64,000 nucleotides of DNA from Octopus sinensis (Eukaryota): positions 74,648,001-74,712,000 of the forward strand of contig NC_042997.1 of assembly GCF_006345805.1 (NCBI RefSeq), in the 5' to 3' direction. Of this stretch, positions 46,861 through 63,915 are shown piece after piece. Every line of letters starts with the position of its first letter. The stretch's first letter is position 1. A program made the position numbers and the translations under genes. The notes under the pieces were generated by a model. That model saw only the letters and a list, made by a program, of their open reading frames with translations, was not told the DNA's origin and ran no database searches.

Positions 46861-47426
46861 ATATGTTTTGTTCTATTTGATGGACACTTTTCTTTGCTGA
46901 ACATTCTTCCTTGTTGTTCCTGTTTTGTTCATACTTAAAAAAATATTTTTACTCAACATTCATACATACACACATATATGCTGTCTGCCTCATGGTATCC
47001 ACTCTGACACATTTCTATATTTATTCTAGCAGAAGGTTTTTCTCGAGCCTTTTCTCATCCGGCAAAAAAAAAGCTCCTTGCATATTTTTGTCGTGTGTTT
47101 CTTCTCTGGTTTGTAGGACGTACAAACCACCTCTTCTAAACGCATCTTTCCTTGCATCACATAGTGTTCCAAGCATTTTCTTCCTTTGGTGCCTGATCAA
47201 CATCAAGTTTCTTGCATGTTGGAATTTCTTTCTTTCACCACCATCTTTATGGCTTGACTCGCTTTGCTAGTCACTGTTGCTTTGCTAGCATCTACAGCCT
47301 TTGCTTCTGCAAACAACTCACTGTTTTGCAGGCAAATTCTTGGCACTGCTCATTCTCACAGCAGCCAATGTTCTCTCATTTACCTTAATTTTTCGCATTC
47401 CCGTGATTTCCACTTAGCTGAACATA

Positions 47427-47806
47427 CACTTGCGTCAGAAATTAATTAGCACTTCTCAAATTTCTACATTAAATAGGTTAAATCAATTAACCTATGAGCT
47501 GTTCAAAACGTCTTACGCGATGAGAAAACTTAGTATGGTGTGATTTCGGTCCTTGCGAGGCGCTACCTATATCTATTAAACAAAGGAAAATTTGTCTGCA
47601 TCTGCACTCCAAGTTGTTGTTGCACTGCTATGTCAACATCATAAGGCTGTAGACTCTCAAACTGCTCTGCAAACAAAGTTACGTCATCGTTCTGCGCAAC
47701 AGTGAACTCGCAACAAAGCAATAGTTCGAGATATGGCCACTAGGTGACAGCACATACCTTGAGTGAAGAGCAAATCAAGGGTGCTAATTAATTTCTGACG
47801 GTAGTG
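47427..47806. mobile_element. Tc1/mariner-type MITE, 380 bp, TA target-site duplication
   Basis: TA|cacttgcgtcagaaattaattagcac ... gtgctaattaatttctgacggtagtg|TA. TIRs of ~26 bp. Confidence 0.8.
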
Positions 47807-50100
47807 TAGGTTCATCATGTTTGCACATCAAGTTTTGCTGGCTACACAACTCTTTTCACCTCTCCATTACAGAAATATCTTCCTTTTATCAGCTATTTTG
47901 TCTCCCACAAAATGACTTGTGGGGGATCACTAGTGAACTTCCTCTATCTATTATATATACATATACTCGAACATAGCAGATAACAGCTAACTTTTGACCA
48001 CTGTTTAGACCCTGTTGCGTCCACCACTCTGATTGGTTGATATTGACACAATTTATCTCTTAATCACCAATATGCAACCTAACCAATCACAGTCTCCAAA
48101 TAAATCACGTGAGACAGTTTATTCTAAACTCTAATTTTGAGCCTACCATTAGCTATTATAACTCATCTCCTCCTAGTCTCAAGATTTGTTGGTTCCAGAT
48201 TTTCTAAGGTCTAACCACTGACCACACGACAGCATTGCAGCGATCTCTGTCTTCGTCACCTCATGTCTCTTACCAACATTGTCAACAACATCTCTATACA
48301 GCACCAACAACACTGCACAGGTTTTAATATGACCGCTGTTCATGAGCTACCTCACCATGGTTAACAGCAAATATACAACCCATGCTGATGCATGTAGATA
48401 TATGAATAAATGTTCATCAAGCAATTTCCATTTACCATTCAGCTTGTATATATACATGTGGCCAGCATTAAAGTTACCAGCTTGTTCCATGTTTTTCTTT
48501 ATACCTTGTTCCTGTCAAATGATATTACAACTTTCTGAGTAGAGTCACATCAGATGGTTCCACAACCTTATTCATCTAAAAATATATAGATCTTGAATTT
48601 ATTTTTTCATCTCTCTTGTAATATCATACACACAGCCACATGAACACCTTGTACTGACTATATATTTCACTACAGTACTTTCAGTCACTTCAAATCAACA
48701 TTAGCTACAAACACTGTGCCCTGGAACTACTCATACATGTCACACACTTCAATATCTCTTTACTACAGGGACTTACTTTGATCTTTGGAAATATACTACA
48801 GTGTGTCCCATTCTCAAGAAAAGAAACTCTCTAACTGTCACCCTATTACACCTACTTCTAATAACTTTAATGTAACCCATTAACAATGACATCCTCCAAA
48901 GCTCTGAATATCTCTCATTTGTTAATGGCCAGTCAGACATTATTCAAAACCATTACCTTCCAGTAGGCTCTTAATTTAGCAGAGTTTGATGGAAGCAACA
49001 GACCTTTTGACAGTGTCTGGCATGTGAATTTTCAATCAAAACTTTTTGCCAAGAGCCTCTACCTTCTCTAACTGGAAGTTTTCTAACATATTGCACTTTG
49101 CCACATGTGTTGATGGAGTTTTTTTGTCCCTTATTTCATCAACTTCACAGTGCATCACAATTCAGTTTTGTTCCCACACTTGTCCCTATATAAAGCAATA
49201 ATTCACCCGCTATCACATCCAACATTCACTCTTACACAGATGACACTACTTTATTCCTCCCTAATATTTTCCAACCATGCATTATCCTCTTCTGACTGTA
49301 TGCTAAGTCAAAACTGATTCCATAAATAGAAACCCCAAAAACATCCTCTAATATGGATATGCCAATATTTTCCTTTTCAACAACAAGAAAACAGATACCA
49401 CCCTACTCATTTAATCATGAGCAATATTCAGCTAAAGCCTGACTGGGATGATGCTGCTACACACACTGATAACCTGGACTGCATCCAGAAAATGCCCATG
49501 TGACTGACTGGTGTAAAGTCACCCATAGACAAGCTTCAGCTCCTGGTTTGAAGGCATTCTCTCTGTCTCCTTTCCTTGGTTTCTATTTTTTTTACCACTA
49601 CTATAATAATCTCTGCTGCTCAGACCTAGCTGTGCTCATGCCACCTTTATGCAGCTATTCCTATTCTTCTCATCTCTCCTCCATTCATTACTTGTGTCCA
49701 ACCCCCAATCACAATGTCCAGCCCTTCTTTTCCAGAATGTCAGAAATTTCCTCCGTACTCAAATCTTCCCACAGGCGTTGATGTAAACTTGGTTCAAAAA
49801 GAATATTAATGACATTAGTTATACTGGTTAAAAAGGACTGGGCCTTTCCTTCAGAGCTGAAAGTAAGGTAAAAAAAAAGGGACTGGCAGATGTGTACCTT
49901 CTGACACAATGTAGGAAATAAAAGAGTGCTTCTGTATATATTTTATTGTTGTTGTTGCTAACAACCATATTTTCTATCAAGTTTTTAAGCTAAAGCAGCT
50001 CTAAATAGACCAAATCAAAAAAGGAACCAGAAAAAAGAGACATTTCCAGTCATGAATAGAAAGGACAGCAAACTAACATGCATTAATTATTTGTACTCAC

Positions 50101-50304
50101 AGTATCCAGTATATCATAAGCATTTTCACATTTATAGTAAAATGGCTCCAAAGTGCAGAAGGATTCCCGATATTTTATTTGCTTAGCATCAAATATTGCA
50201 GTCTTCTTACGAACATTATTGACTTCTGCAGCTTGTAAAGGAGCTACATACTGTTTGACAGTGATAGCAGTCTTCTTGGTGTTGTTCCATTTATCAGGAA
50301 GTTT
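50101..50304 (-). CDS. DNAH9/11/17-like: Dynein heavy chain exon (tail/stem)
   Basis: Encodes KLPDKWNNTKKTAITVKQYVAPLQAAEV...CENAYDILDT. Acceptor tttccag|AAA, donor ACT|gtgagt. 204 nt, phase 0-0. Confidence 0.95.
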
Positions 50305-50554
50305 CTGGAAATAAAATTGATATATGTACATATATACAGGAATGTTGATGCAAACAGGAAAAATACAACTTAAAATATGAGTATAGGCATATTTTTATTA
50401 ATATTTAGCAGAAGTAGCAGAGTAACTCAAGGTCCAAGAGTTTCATGCATTGGCATTTATCAAACTACATGCAGGTTGAAGAGTCATGAGTTTATATAGC
50501 TGGCAATAAATACATTTCCTTCTGGATTGTTCTAGATCAAATTTTAGATATATA

Positions 50555-51401
50555 CTAGCAGAATTGCCCGGCGTTGCTCGGGGCTGAATTGCTTGAAAGT
50601 ACTGTTAATGATTGCACTGAATTATGATGATTATTCAGGCAAATATTGATATAAGCTTACGGTGGGAGATAAGGACTTAACGATCAAACGTGTGCCATTG
50701 CATTGTTTTGGGAGAACCAAATTTCTGATGAGCATTATAGGGGCACCAACTTTAAGTTTGAGAAAGTGTGGTGGTAGTCCGGGGTGCTCAAAGGAATTGA
50801 GTACCTCTATTGGATAGTTGATGACGTCCTCTGGGTCAGGAGTTGTATCGATAGACTGATATACATAGACTTCCCCAGGAATGAGTTTTAGCATTTCATC
50901 ATTAATATGATGAACAGTTTTATTCCACGGGGCCAGTATAGCCTTTTTGCCAATCCAATCCATATTCTGATAATTAGCTTGTAGATCTGGGAACACTGCA
51001 TCTCTGAGATCAGAAGGCGTCTTAACAATGGTACAAATGGAATCGATGGCAATATTACCATTTTCATCCCCTGGTATTTTGCCTTCGCCAAGTGCAAGGA
51101 GGGTGTGAGGAAATGCTGCTGATGTGATATTACGTCGCATATGAGCACGCATATTGGTGTGAAGTTTGAGAGTTACTTCCGTTTATTTTTAAAAATATGC
51201 ATGAAAATGGAAAAAAATGATGGTAAATTATTTGTAAAATCATAGACTCATCGTAGACGCGTGCTAATACCCAGAAGGGCTCGATATGAATCACGACTAT
51301 AAGATACCCGGTTTTGGTTAAACTGCATCGCAAAATGTGGGAGTAGTTAGGAATCTAAATCGGAGTAGACAGACACACAACCTTTCTTTTATATATAAAT
51401 A
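50555..51401 (-). mobile_element. Internally deleted Helitron retaining a PIF1 helicase fragment
   Basis: 3' end cccgagcaacgccgggcaattctgCTAG^T (hairpin plus CTAG). Open 173-aa fragment LLALGEG...KLKVGAPIMLIRNL...CNGTRLIV. 5'-like end atatttatatataaaagaaagg near 51401. Confidence 0.88.
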
Positions 51402-51402
51402 T

Positions 51403-51915
51403 TTTCATCCTAAAAAACTTTGTATGGATTGAATGGTTACCTCTATGGAAATATATACACGCACATTATACATACATGTGTGTATAGATGAATATATAAA
51501 TACATTTAAATATCTATATACACTTTTGGGCGATCTTTCTGTTTCTTAGAGATAACTTTAGATCTTATTTTCGTGCTAAAAAACTTTGTATGGAATGAAT
51601 GGTTACCTCTATGGAAATATATACACACACGTTATACATACATGTGTGCATAGATGAATATATAAATATATTTATATATCTATATACACTTTTGGGCGAT
51701 CTTTGTGCTACTTAGAGATAACTTTAGATCTTATTTTCGTCCTAAAAAACTTTGTGCGGAGTGAATGGTTACGTGTATGGAAATATATACACACACATTA
51801 TACATACATCTGTGTATAGATGAATATATAAATACATTTAAATATCTATATATACTTTTGGGCGATCTTTCTGCTACTTGGATATAGGTCTTATATTCGT
51901 CCTAAAAAACTTTCC
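51403..51915. repeat. 166-bp tandem repeat, about 3 copies
   Basis: taaaaaacttt recurs at 51411, 51577, 51743 and 51903 (periods 166, 166, 160), with near-identical intervening sequence. Confidence 0.92.
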
Positions 51916-53170
51916 AGTCACACACTCACGCACACGCACATACCCACACACACACGCACCCTCAAACACACACACACGCTCACACACACACACACACACA
52001 CACGCACGTTAGCTTACAATTTTATTTATATATTTGCGTGTCTATGTGTGTAAAGAGGAAGTGGGAGGCAGAGTGAAAGAGTCACTCACTTCAGAAAGTG
52101 AATTACTTTCATTTTATTCGTTGCACACTGTGTGTGTGCGTTTGCGTGTGCTGTATCCCACACTAAGAGAAGCATTTGACTCATACACCACAATGTGAGT
52201 TTTCTGTAAATTTTGCTTAATTAGGGTTGAAATTTTAAAAAGTGGACCTGGCACGACCCGATGCATTCTACTCTTAAAAATGCTAGGTAAATTGTAATTG
52301 AAGAAATCCTATATTGTAGATTTCTATAAGATACAAAGGGAGGCAGATAAAATCTGCCTTTTATAATAAGAGATATATATTTTACATACACACAAACACA
52401 CACATAACAATATAAGATATATATATCAGTCCAAGTCATATAAGACCATTGAGTCCAGTCTGTATAAGAAATAATGAAAGACATTATTTTTTTTAAATCC
52501 AAGAGTAGATATAATGGTTTTACTTGTTTATGCAAGAGTAGACTAAAGGAAACAGTTAGCTTTATCATTAAGAATGTAAATATTGCTTTAAATGTAAGAT
52601 ATTTAAACAAATAATGGGTAGTTTGATGGGTGGTCACTGTAGCCCTCTATTAACAGATATATATTAATCTTCATGTGAATTTTGTTTTTTTTAGTGATTT
52701 ATACCAAAGGAAAAAGATAGGCTTAGTTCAATATTTAGTGGCTGCTACAGATGAAAATGTTGGGCAACTATTTTAACTTTTGTTTAGGAAGTCAGTGAAA
52801 TTTTGAGTATTTTCTAATTTTCAATTTAGTGTAGATTTACAAAAGCATTAGATTTATTAAGAGTTGAATGTAATGTCATTCTTTTACATTTATCAGTAAG
52901 TTATATATGAGTATTGTGTATCATTATGTACAATGTCACTTGCATTAAAGAGTAATTCAGGACTTCTACTCTTAAATTACAAATGGTCTTTTAGCAGTGA
53001 ACAACAAATTAAGTTAAGTGATAAGCCTTTGTTTTGATACTATATTCTTCTTATATAATGAATATTTTTGTTACCATGTGCTTGTTTTAGTCAATTTTAT
53101 TTTATATGCTTGTTTTCTAAGGGAAAATATTAGTTTAAATACATTTTCTATAATTAAAGTTTATATTTAA

Positions 53171-53354
53171 CCCTTTTTTTTACCATATTTCTATTATAAA
53201 TATAACAAAGAATTTAGTAAAATAACCTAGTTATCATTAAGCTAGTGTTAAAAACATAAATTGTGGCTGAGGTTTGGTAGAAGATTTCAATTCACAACTT
53301 TTGAAAACAAGACATCTGTACTATAAAGGCAGAGGCGGTTTGGTATCAAAAGGG
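53171..53354. mobile_element. piggyBac-like MITE, 184 bp
   Basis: TTAA|cccttttttttacca ... tggtatcaaaaggg|TTAA. Confidence 0.75.
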
Positions 53355-53619
53355 TTAATAGCAGTAGGTTTACCCTGATTTATTTCTATGTTGTAGCAAT
53401 ATTTCTATGTTGTAGCAATTGATGCCTTTTAAAGTGATATGTCATTCCATATAGATTCCTTTCATTATTTAAAAAAATTATTTACTGGTTATTTTCATTA
53501 CAATTTGGGTGTTTTAATCAATTTTATGGAGTTGTTTAGGTGGAAATATTCATTTCAATATATTTTCTATAAACTTTATATTTAATAAGTATTGGGTGGG
53601 TAGGTAGGCAGAACAGATG

Positions 53620-54500
53620 GGAAACTCTTCAACTTGGCCCATCTTCATACCTCCACCAAAATCAGGGAAATGTGTGTCAAGGAGCTGCTCAATGCAAATG
53701 ACACAGCAGTCATGGCAAACAACATTGATGACATGCAATACATTGTGGACCAGTTTTCTTGTGCAGCAGAAATATTTGGTCTTAACACTTCAAAAACTGA
53801 GTTGCTCTACTAGCCCCCACCAAGATGTCCAAATAGATCAAGAGAGCCCTAGCCAGTGATGGTACATGTGGAGCCCCTAAAGTACACTAAGGCCTTTAGC
53901 TATCTCAGTAGTACAATGACTTGTACTAACTCATTTGACCTCAAAGTTGAGAGGCAAATACAGTCTGTCACAAAGGCTTTTGGCTCTCCCACGAGGCATC
54001 TATGGAGCTGCCATGACATTGCATGCAGCATGAAGATAAGGGTGTACAGTGTCATGATGCTCCCTTTCCGTTTCTATGCCACAGAATGCATGGCCCTCTA
54101 TCACAGATACATCAAGGCCCTGAAGTCCAACTTCATCATCTGAGCTCCATCTTGCATATTAGAAGGCAGGATCACATTCTTGATGTAGAGGTGCTGCATC
54201 ATGCTGAAGTAGTTAGGGTGGAGGCCCTCATTACCACATCACAGGTGCACTGGGTGGGACACGTTTGCAAGATGGAGAATGGCAGGCTCCCAAAGGCAGC
54301 TTTCTATGCTGAACTATGTTGGAATAGGCAGAGCTATGGTAGTCAGAGGTTGAAATACAGGGATGTGCTGAAGAAGCATATGAAGAACTTGGGCATAATC
54401 ACCAGACACCCGGAATCACTGAAACTTTTAATTCAAGTTACTGAGGAGAAACAACAGAGAGAATACAAAAGAGCAAATGAGGTCTCACTTCTCTATTGTG
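53620..54500 (+). mobile_element. RTE/BovB-like LINE fragment (third subfamily), decayed
   Basis: Decayed ADD motif (ctcaatgcaaatgac), KYTKAFSYLSSTM, KIRVYSVMMLP...YATEC, WVGHVCKMENGRLPKAAFY. Confidence 0.82.
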
Positions 54501-54624
54501 TCAAGTAGCTTCACTTGTGGCAGATGTCATCGCTGCAGCAGATCAAGAGCCTGTCAGAGATGATTACTGAAGAAGCACTCAACATTGACCTACACTGGAG
54601 AGCTGAAGAAAAATATGTATATAT

Positions 54625-55060
54625 CATCATTTAGTGTCCATTTTTCATACTGACATGGGTTAGATGGTTTGACTGGGACTGGTAAGTCAGAGAGTTGCAC
54701 TACTCTCCAGTTTGATTTTGCTTCATTTCTATTTCTAGACATCCTTTTTAATGCTAACCACTCCAAGAGTGTAGTAGGTGCCTCTTAGGTATCACTGGCT
54801 TTACTTGGCTTGACATGTCTTCTCAAACAGAGCAAATCACCAAATGTCATAATCATTTGTCATCACCTCCATGAGACTTAACATCTGAAGAGCATCTTTT
54901 GCCACATCCCACGTCTTTCTGGGTCTACCTCTTCCACAGGTTCCCTCCACAGTTAGTGACTGGCATTTCTTTATGCAGCTGTCTTTGTCCTTACACATCA
55001 CATGACCATACCAATGCAGTCGCCTCTCTTGTACACCACATCAAATAGCTCTTACACTTT
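54625..55060 (-). mobile_element. RTE family A 3' fragment
   Basis: Reverse complement contains gactgcattggtatggtcatgtg and ggaagaggtagacccagaaagacgtggg, followed by a degenerate family tail. Confidence 0.75.
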
Positions 55061-55504
55061 GTTGTACATGATGAAGTGCTTCTCTAATGTCTAAAACTGC
55101 AAACATTATGTAAATTTTCAATTCTAATTTTTGCATAAATGTCTGTTGCAAATAGAGTTGGTACAGAAACAATCATAACAAATCATTAAAGATGTGTTAA
55201 AGAATTTTCTTTCTTTTCTTTTCATCATTTGGATTATTTACTCTTTGCCAAACCTACTTTATGGTGCAATCTTCATGAAACTTGAATTTTCTACATCTGG
55301 AGAATTGCAGCTTTGGACTGGGACCCAACTGTTGATAGCCCAGTATTTTGGGTTGAGTGCTTTTCTGGAAATACCCTGACTTTACATCCTAACAGGGCCT
55401 AACTGTATATATACAGGCATGTATGTGTGTGTGTGTGTGTGTATGTATTATATATATGTATATATATGTATATATATGTATATATATATGTGTGTGTGTG
55501 TATG

Positions 55505-55597
<93 letters not shown>

Positions 55598-56026
55598 TAT
55601 ATATATACATATATATATACATACACACACACACACACATGCCTGTATATATATACATGAAGATATGTATTAGCATCAAACTAGTACAATTTGGTAGTTG
55701 GTTTCTCACCTATCTGTCTTCTGTTTTTTTTTTTTTTACATTTTAAACCATATACACACACATATGGAACGAAAACACTCAGCAATGATGTGTATAAATA
55801 CAAACTTGTTACTAGTTCAAATATACTTAAGGCACATATATATACTTAATGACAAGAAAGTCATTCACAGTATTTTGTTATGGAGAAACTTCCTTACTGT
55901 AGACGGATGGGTCTAAACACACCAAGTTGATTTGTGGTGCTCCCTAAACAGGCTGGTGGATAATGGGAATATAATAAGAGAAACCACTTTCTCTTGTCAG
56001 TTTTCAGCATCTATCTTTCTAGTTTC

Positions 56027-56072
56027 TGGTGCTGAAGAGGAGCTAACCACCCTGAAATGCATGCATTCACCA
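56027..56072 (+). ncRNA. Orphan minimal hammerhead ribozyme-like motif
   Basis: TGGTG-CTGAAGA-GGAG-CTAACCA-CCCT-GAAA-TGCATGCAT-T-CACCA. Stem I is perfect, both boxes are intact, stem III is the 10-nt palindrome ATGCATGCAT, and stem II has one mismatch and one wobble. Confidence 0.62.
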
Positions 56073-56171
56073 ATCTATATACTCAAGTGATGGAAGGATA
56101 TATGCAGGTGCTTTGCTGAAGAAGTGAATACAGGCTGGCAGAGAGAGAGGGGGGGAGAGAGGGAGAGGGAT

Positions 56172-56206
<35 letters not shown>

Positions 56207-57879
56207 TGATGGAGAGAGAATGATGTGAGGTCATAGTACAAGGTAAATATGAGAGACAGAAAAGATTAGAGGAACAGAAAAGGTGGATTTGTAGGTAAGT
56301 GTACTGAATAAGAATGGTGTGATAGACGATTAAAGATAGGGAATTAGTTGCATGCAAAGAATATCTGTTCAACAGAGGAGAAGTGAAAGAAGGAAATAGG
56401 GTAACACAGATAACTGAAGGAAGAGTGGGTGTTAGAATATGAGTTGAGGAAGGCTTCACAGAATGTAAATGATGAATGGTCTTCAAGTGCAGCATATCGT
56501 TATTCACCATGGTCCACCATCATTTCCTCTGTATGTAAAAGTTCAATGTGAGAAGTTACATATTATTTGCAGTTTTACACTAGAGTAGCCCTTCCTCAAA
56601 TGTGCATCAAAAGGTGTGCTCTTGTCATGTGCTTGTGTCAAGTGTTGTACTTTGCTTATATCAGGAGAAAGAGGAGGAGTATGAAGTACCATGGTAATGA
56701 AACATGGGTCCTAAATGCAAAGGACATGAAGACCAGAGAGTAATAAGACTAGTATGCTCTGTGGGCATGCATATACAACAAAGTGCTAGCATATTGGAAG
56801 AAAAGTTAGGTATAAGAAGAATTAGATGTAGTGTGCAAGAGAGAAGCTGGTTTGGTCATGTAATGCTGTAACGCATATACATGAGAAGAGTTGCTCAAGG
56901 AAGTCTCTGTAGGGTCATAGCTTTTCCCTTAAACTGCCAGACTTTAGACCTCTCTCTCATCTAATTCTTTTCCCCACTTCTTATGACCTGAACTGTTTCA
57001 AGTCTAAAGTAAATACATTCCTTTCCTCTTAATTTCTCCTTCTTCATAATCACACTAAGCAGCTTCTCACATTGTTTGAAGGTATATATTCACACACAAA
57101 CATACAGTCACATGAATACCAGCATCTATCTATATTGTCCATCTATATTGCAAGCACACATAGATATTTACATGTACAAAGTCAGCTACATAGATACTCA
57201 CACACACTTACAGGCTCCCAGATGGATATATACAATGTATATACACAACAGCTGACACATACAAAGTTAAAACATGCAAAAAGCAACAAACCTGTGTATA
57301 CAAAATAGCAGGCACAAATTTATAAACTTAGAACAATTTTCTTTCCAGTATTAATATAATCTCCTAGGATTGAACAGTCAGGTATCTGATGAAATAGTAC
57401 AGTAGCAAATTCTAAGGTACCAGTCTGTAGTGATTTGGGCCCCATGATCCAGGTTGCCTAATAGTGAAATCATATCCTAGGGAAAAATTTCCTGAATATA
57501 TAGCTGCATCATATAAATAGTTCATTAAAATCAACCTACAATCCAGAATCCAGATAGCTTTTGCTGAATGTAAATTGCACTACCCTTCATATGGAAAAGC
57601 AGTTTGTATTACCAACTAGAAAATTGAATAATTATTAATATTCTTGTTATTCTGTAGTGGGAAATTCTAAAATTTAATAGTTCTTGATAATTCCTCTTCA
57701 AATCCAGTGAGGTGTTGGTTATGTGGTGTATAGCAAAAAGATCAGAATTCAGATATCGAGTTTTTTCCATCCATACTTCACTTACTATTTATACTCTACA
57801 ATGGAAATAGACCTTGTAGAGTTTCTGTTCGAAACCTGAGTTTTCATAGGATATATATGGATGAGCACAGTTGCATAAA

Positions 57880-58370
57880 GAAGTACCCAGCTCTAATTGT
57901 GGAGGGTACCAGTGGAAGGGGCAGACCCAGGAAGATGTAGGATGAAGTGTTGAGAAAGGATCTTCAGATGCTGGGCCTCACTGAAGAAATGACAAGGGAC
58001 CAGGAGATGTAGTGATTTGCTGTATTTGATAAGACACATCAAGCTAAGGAAAATTGCTGTCTTCCACACATACAAGCTTGTCCTTTCAGGTGCCAATGCC
58101 ACCTAAAAAGCACCTATACTAGTGCTGCATAAATGTACCCATGCTAGTGCAGCATAAATGCACTTGTGCCAATGCTGCATAAATGTATCCATGCAGGTGC
58201 TGCATAAATGCACCCATGCCAGCGGTACATAAAAAGCACCCAGCACATTAAGTAGTTGGCATTAGGAAGAGTATCCAGCCATAGTCTGGACAGCTCGCTG
58301 CTAGCCAGCTCCATGTCAAACTGTCCAACTCATGCCATCACGGAAATTGGACGTTAGACCATGTTGATAT
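57880..58370 (+). mobile_element. RTE family A 3' fragment with a 19-20 bp internal tandem repeat
   Basis: ggaaggggcagacccaggaagatg..., then four to five gtgctgcataaatgtaccca units (58120-58225), then gttggcattaggaagagtatccagcc. Confidence 0.75.
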
Positions 58371-58399
58371 ACTCCATTATACCACTTTATATAGTTTTG

Positions 58400-58640
58400 A
58401 ATTCAGTTCCACTACCTGATATCTTGGACAAGTATCTCCTATAGCCTCAGGTCAACCAAAGCATTATGAATGGATTTGATAGATGAGACCTTGTCTGGCC
58501 ATGACAAAATATTATCTTGCTTAGAAAGAGGTGAGGGTTGGCAACAGAAACAGCATCTGGGCATAGAAAAGCTGTTTCAATAAATTCTGTCTGATCTATA
58601 CAAGCATGGAAAAGTGGATGCTAAATGATGATGACATATA
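58400..58640 (+). mobile_element. SINE fragment with an RTE-derived 3' end (family S3); fuller copy at 62170-62540
   Basis: S2-like core (ttggacaagtatct...ggatttgatagatg) plus tail ...caagcatggaaaagtggatgctaaatgatgatg, matching the RTE family A terminus. Confidence 0.6.
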
Positions 58641-58645
58641 TATGG

Positions 58646-58677
<32 letters not shown>

Positions 58678-58688
58678 CATATATATAT

Positions 58689-62152
<3,464 letters not shown>

Positions 62153-62719
62153 ATGTATATAAATGAATGCATGTATAGGTGCAGGTGTGACTATGTAAAT
62201 AAGATGCTTGCTTCCCAATCATAAGTTCAGTCCCACTGTATGTCACCTTGGGTAAGTGTCTTCAACTTTTCTGCAAAAGCAGCTCGTATATATGTATGTG
62301 TGTCTGTAAATGTGTACCTTAGTCTTGACATCACATGATGGTTGTAAATGGGTATCACTGCCATACAAGTGATGTTATTTCCAGTCTCCCATGAAGAACA
62401 TGTCAGATCATGGGGAAGTATTACCTTGCTTACAAATAAGTGAGAGCTAGTGACAGGAAAGGACTCAGAACATAGAAAATCTGCCTCAACAAATTCCATC
62501 TGACTCATGCAAGTATAGAAAAATGAATGATAAATAATGATGATATATACATATATATATATGTTTCAGTCATTTGACTGCAGCCATGCAGGATCAACAC
62601 CTTAAAGGATTTCTAGTCAAAGAAATCGACCCTAGGGCTTATTGTAAGCCTAGTACTTATTCTATTGGTCTCTTTTACTAAGCCACTAAGTTATGAAGAC
62701 ATAAACACACCAACATCAC

Positions 62720-63430
62720 TAAAGTTAACTCTCTGAGAACATATGTCAGATCTCGATCTTCTGGCTGCCTCTTTAATCTGTGCCGATTTACTGCCAATTC
62801 AAAAGTTTTCCAGTCTCTTATTCATGACCTCCCTTATGCAGATGACTGTGACTTAGTCACTCATACAATGGATGACATGCAAATACTTATGAATCATATT
62901 TCTGCTTCTCAGCATTAACCTGGACAAGACTGTTGTAATGTTCCAGCCTGCACCAGGAAATCCATGTGGAACCAGCTATCTTGGTTGAAGGAACAATTCT
63001 GAAAGTGGTAGACAAGTTTGTCTACCTGGGTAGCACATTCAGCCATTCTTGCTCCCTGGATGATGAAATATCTTTCAGGCAACTGATTCCTTCTGGTCTC
63101 TTCAGTCTTGTGTCTGGTTTCAGTATGGCATCACAATGAAAACAAAAATTGCTGTGTACCATGCATGTGTACAGACATTGCTCCTTTACTCATGTGAGAC
63201 ATGGACCTTTTACAAACATCATGTAAGGATCCTTGAATGCTTTCATCTGAGATGTCTGAGATACATTCTGAATGTTGGCTGGACCATAAAAACTCCAGAC
63301 ATACAAGTCCTTAGGAAAGCCAATATCTTGAGTATTGAGGCAATGGTGCACAAGCACTAGTTACATTGGACTGAACACCTTATTAGAATGAAGGATAGCA
63401 GGATTGCACACATCTTGCTGATGAGATTGT
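62720..63430 (+). mobile_element. RTE/BovB-like LINE fragment (family B), same family as 20455-22430
   Basis: Closely matches the reverse complement of 20900-21545. Encodes TKIAVYHACVQTLLLYSCETW. Confidence 0.88.
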
Positions 63431-63915
63431 GTGTGAGTAATTGCTACAATTAAGAACTCCAATGAATCAGAAAATCCCAACAATTAGATCATTTAATTGA
63501 TTATGGGAGGAATTTCAACCATGTTTTGTGGTCTGCTACCACAACAGCTCCTTTATAGGATCCAGTTAGCTCAAGACATCATCAGGAGGAACCACATCCA
63601 GTTTTGGCCCCTACTCCTCTACCATTTAAGTAACAATTTTTTGAATAACGCAAAAAAAGTATGATAGCTTACTTGCTAATTATACTTCCATGTATAATTG
63701 AAATCACACTAACGTGATGGCAAAAGTTCATTCCACTTAAATAATGTATACTCAGTCATACACTTACAATACACTCAGCATATCATTTATTGTAACAGTG
63801 AACCACCAGTTCTAAGACAAAAACATATCTGTTTAAACATATACTTAGTTTTATATATAAACTCTAAATATTCTTGTTGCAGTTACTTTTTATTTCACAC
63901 TTCTCACTACCTTAC

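Noticed and set aside
47021-47206. 61-aa minus-strand ORF in an unexplained segment
   Set aside because: No recognisable motif, no convincing splice sites, and too short to support.
48200-49750. Possible old LINE RT remnants
   Set aside because: Only vague resemblance, with no diagnostic motif readable in frame.
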